Of a stretch of 64,000 nt of DNA, positions 63,278-64,000 are shown in pieces. The DNA comes from Candidatus Bathyarchaeota archaeon (GTDB taxonomy: Archaea > Thermoproteota > Bathyarchaeia > 40CM-2-53-6 > RBG-13-38-9): positions 896,001 to 960,000 of the forward strand of contig CAWECG010000003.1 in assembly GCA_963807605.1 (NCBI GenBank), in the 5' to 3' direction. The notes below the pieces were generated by a model. That model was given only the letters and a program-made list of their open reading frames with translations, was not told where the DNA came from and searched no databases. How positions within the stretch are numbered: the stretch's first letter is position 1; every line of letters begins with the position of its first letter. The translations under genes were made by a program, and so were the position numbers.

Positions 63278-63510
63278 TCATACGCGATAGGGCCAACGCC
63301 TGTAAAACCATTTCTTGACAATCTCAACCAACGCCAAATAGACGCATATCATCCCTGCAAGAATAAGGAAGAAACTCAAGGGCGGTCTCACGAATTAAAC
63401 GGATCACCTAATGGTGTGAACGGTATTAACAGTGCAGCGCCAACCACTGCTAATGTGCTAAAGGCTAGGAGACCAATCGGCTTGCTTCTGTAAAATGGCG
63501 TTCGCCTAGG
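63278..63510 (-). pseudogene. 3' fragment of an MgtA-type Mg2+-transporting P-type ATPase
   Basis: Manual translation: RRTPFYRSKP..LLAFSTLAVVGAALLIPFTPLG [frameshift] FVRPPLSFFLILAGMICVYLALVEIVKKWFYRR, matching the last two TMs of MgtA-like pumps. Confidence 0.7.
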
Positions 63511-63574
63511 CTTTATATGAAGAAGGCTCATCAGAATATAGAGTTTATATTGGCAGAGGCACGTTCAAGCCGAA

Positions 63575-64000
63575 ATGACAGAAGTTTGCAAAGCGGATCC
63601 TTTAGAGCCAGATAGGATCATTATCAGGAAAGCGGCAGAGATTATCAAGAAGGGCGGACTAGTAGCTTTTCCCACGGAAACGGTATATGGGCTAGGAGCA
63701 GATGCTCTGAACCCTAGGGCAGTAAGGAGAATCTATGCAGCTAAGGGGAGGCCTGCGGATAATCCCCTGATAGTTCACGTGGCCGACAAAGACCAGATTT
63801 ACAGGCTTGCAAAGAAGCTTCCCGAGAAAGCTGAGGATCTAATCAGAAAATTCTTCCCTGGGCCTCTTACCATTGTCTTAGAAAAAAACGAGGTAGTTCC
63901 GGATGAGACAACCGCTGGACTGCATACAGTGGCAATAAGGATGCCAAGTCACAGGATTGCCTTGGCTCTGATCAAACAGTCTGGAACTCCAATCGCTGCG
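63575..64000 (+). CDS. sua5: L-threonylcarbamoyladenylate synthase (Sua5), 3'-truncated by the window edge
   Basis: GGLVAFPTETVYGLGADA, IYAAKGRPADNPLIVHV, FPGPLT, TVAIRMP. Confidence 0.95.
   Translation, partial: MTEVCKADPLEPDRIIIRKAAEIIKKGGLVAFPTETVYGLGADALNPRAVRRIYAAKGRPADNPLIVHVADKDQIYRLAKKLPEKAEDLIRKFFPGPLTIVLEKNEVVPDETTAGLHTVAIRMPSHRIALALIKQSGTPIAA

Noticed and set aside
63215-63493. 92-aa plus-strand ORF
   Set aside because: Antisense shadow of the MgtA-like relic.
1-64000. CRISPR arrays, rRNA genes, prophage/integrase, inteins in rpo or nrd genes, and the many short antisense ORFs in the track
   Set aside because: No repeat-spacer periodicity, rRNA, viral hallmark genes or intein-sized insertions were seen; the short ORFs lie opposite or inside well-supported genes.

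Overview
Archaeal chromosomal window, most consistent with Bathyarchaeia or another TACK lineage. This rests on an unsplit rpoB, fused rpoA'/A'', CdhAB, two Ftr paralogs and multi-intron tRNAs; the taxonomy is inferred. Core content: purS-Q-L-F-E-M, pyrB/pyrI, carAB, hom/metX/metY, cdhAB, the rpoH-rpoB-rpoA-rpl30e-nusA...rps12 block, SOD, an ABC exporter and two tRNAs, each with two introns. Three single-base frameshifts (two in essential RNA polymerase genes) and one in-frame stop suggest consensus errors in the assembly. Most interesting signals: (1) a tightly coupled purD / HAD (EhaR-like) / Ftr paralog (EhaS-like) / PfkB kinase (EhaT-like) operon with no hydrogenase, a candidate folate-independent replacement for PurN/PurT; (2) a wHTH + ATP-cone + class III RNR-fold protein lacking the glycyl-radical Gly and catalytic Cys residues, a candidate nucleotide-sensing transcription factor; (3) PEPCK fused to a degenerate HPrK-like P-loop domain; (4) a split YeeE/TusA/NapH-like/metY sulfur cluster. 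Features missed by the ORF track include several gene relics, a CTG-initiated tusA and a 14-aa Lys-rich micro-ORF. All family calls come from motif recognition by eye, not database searches.
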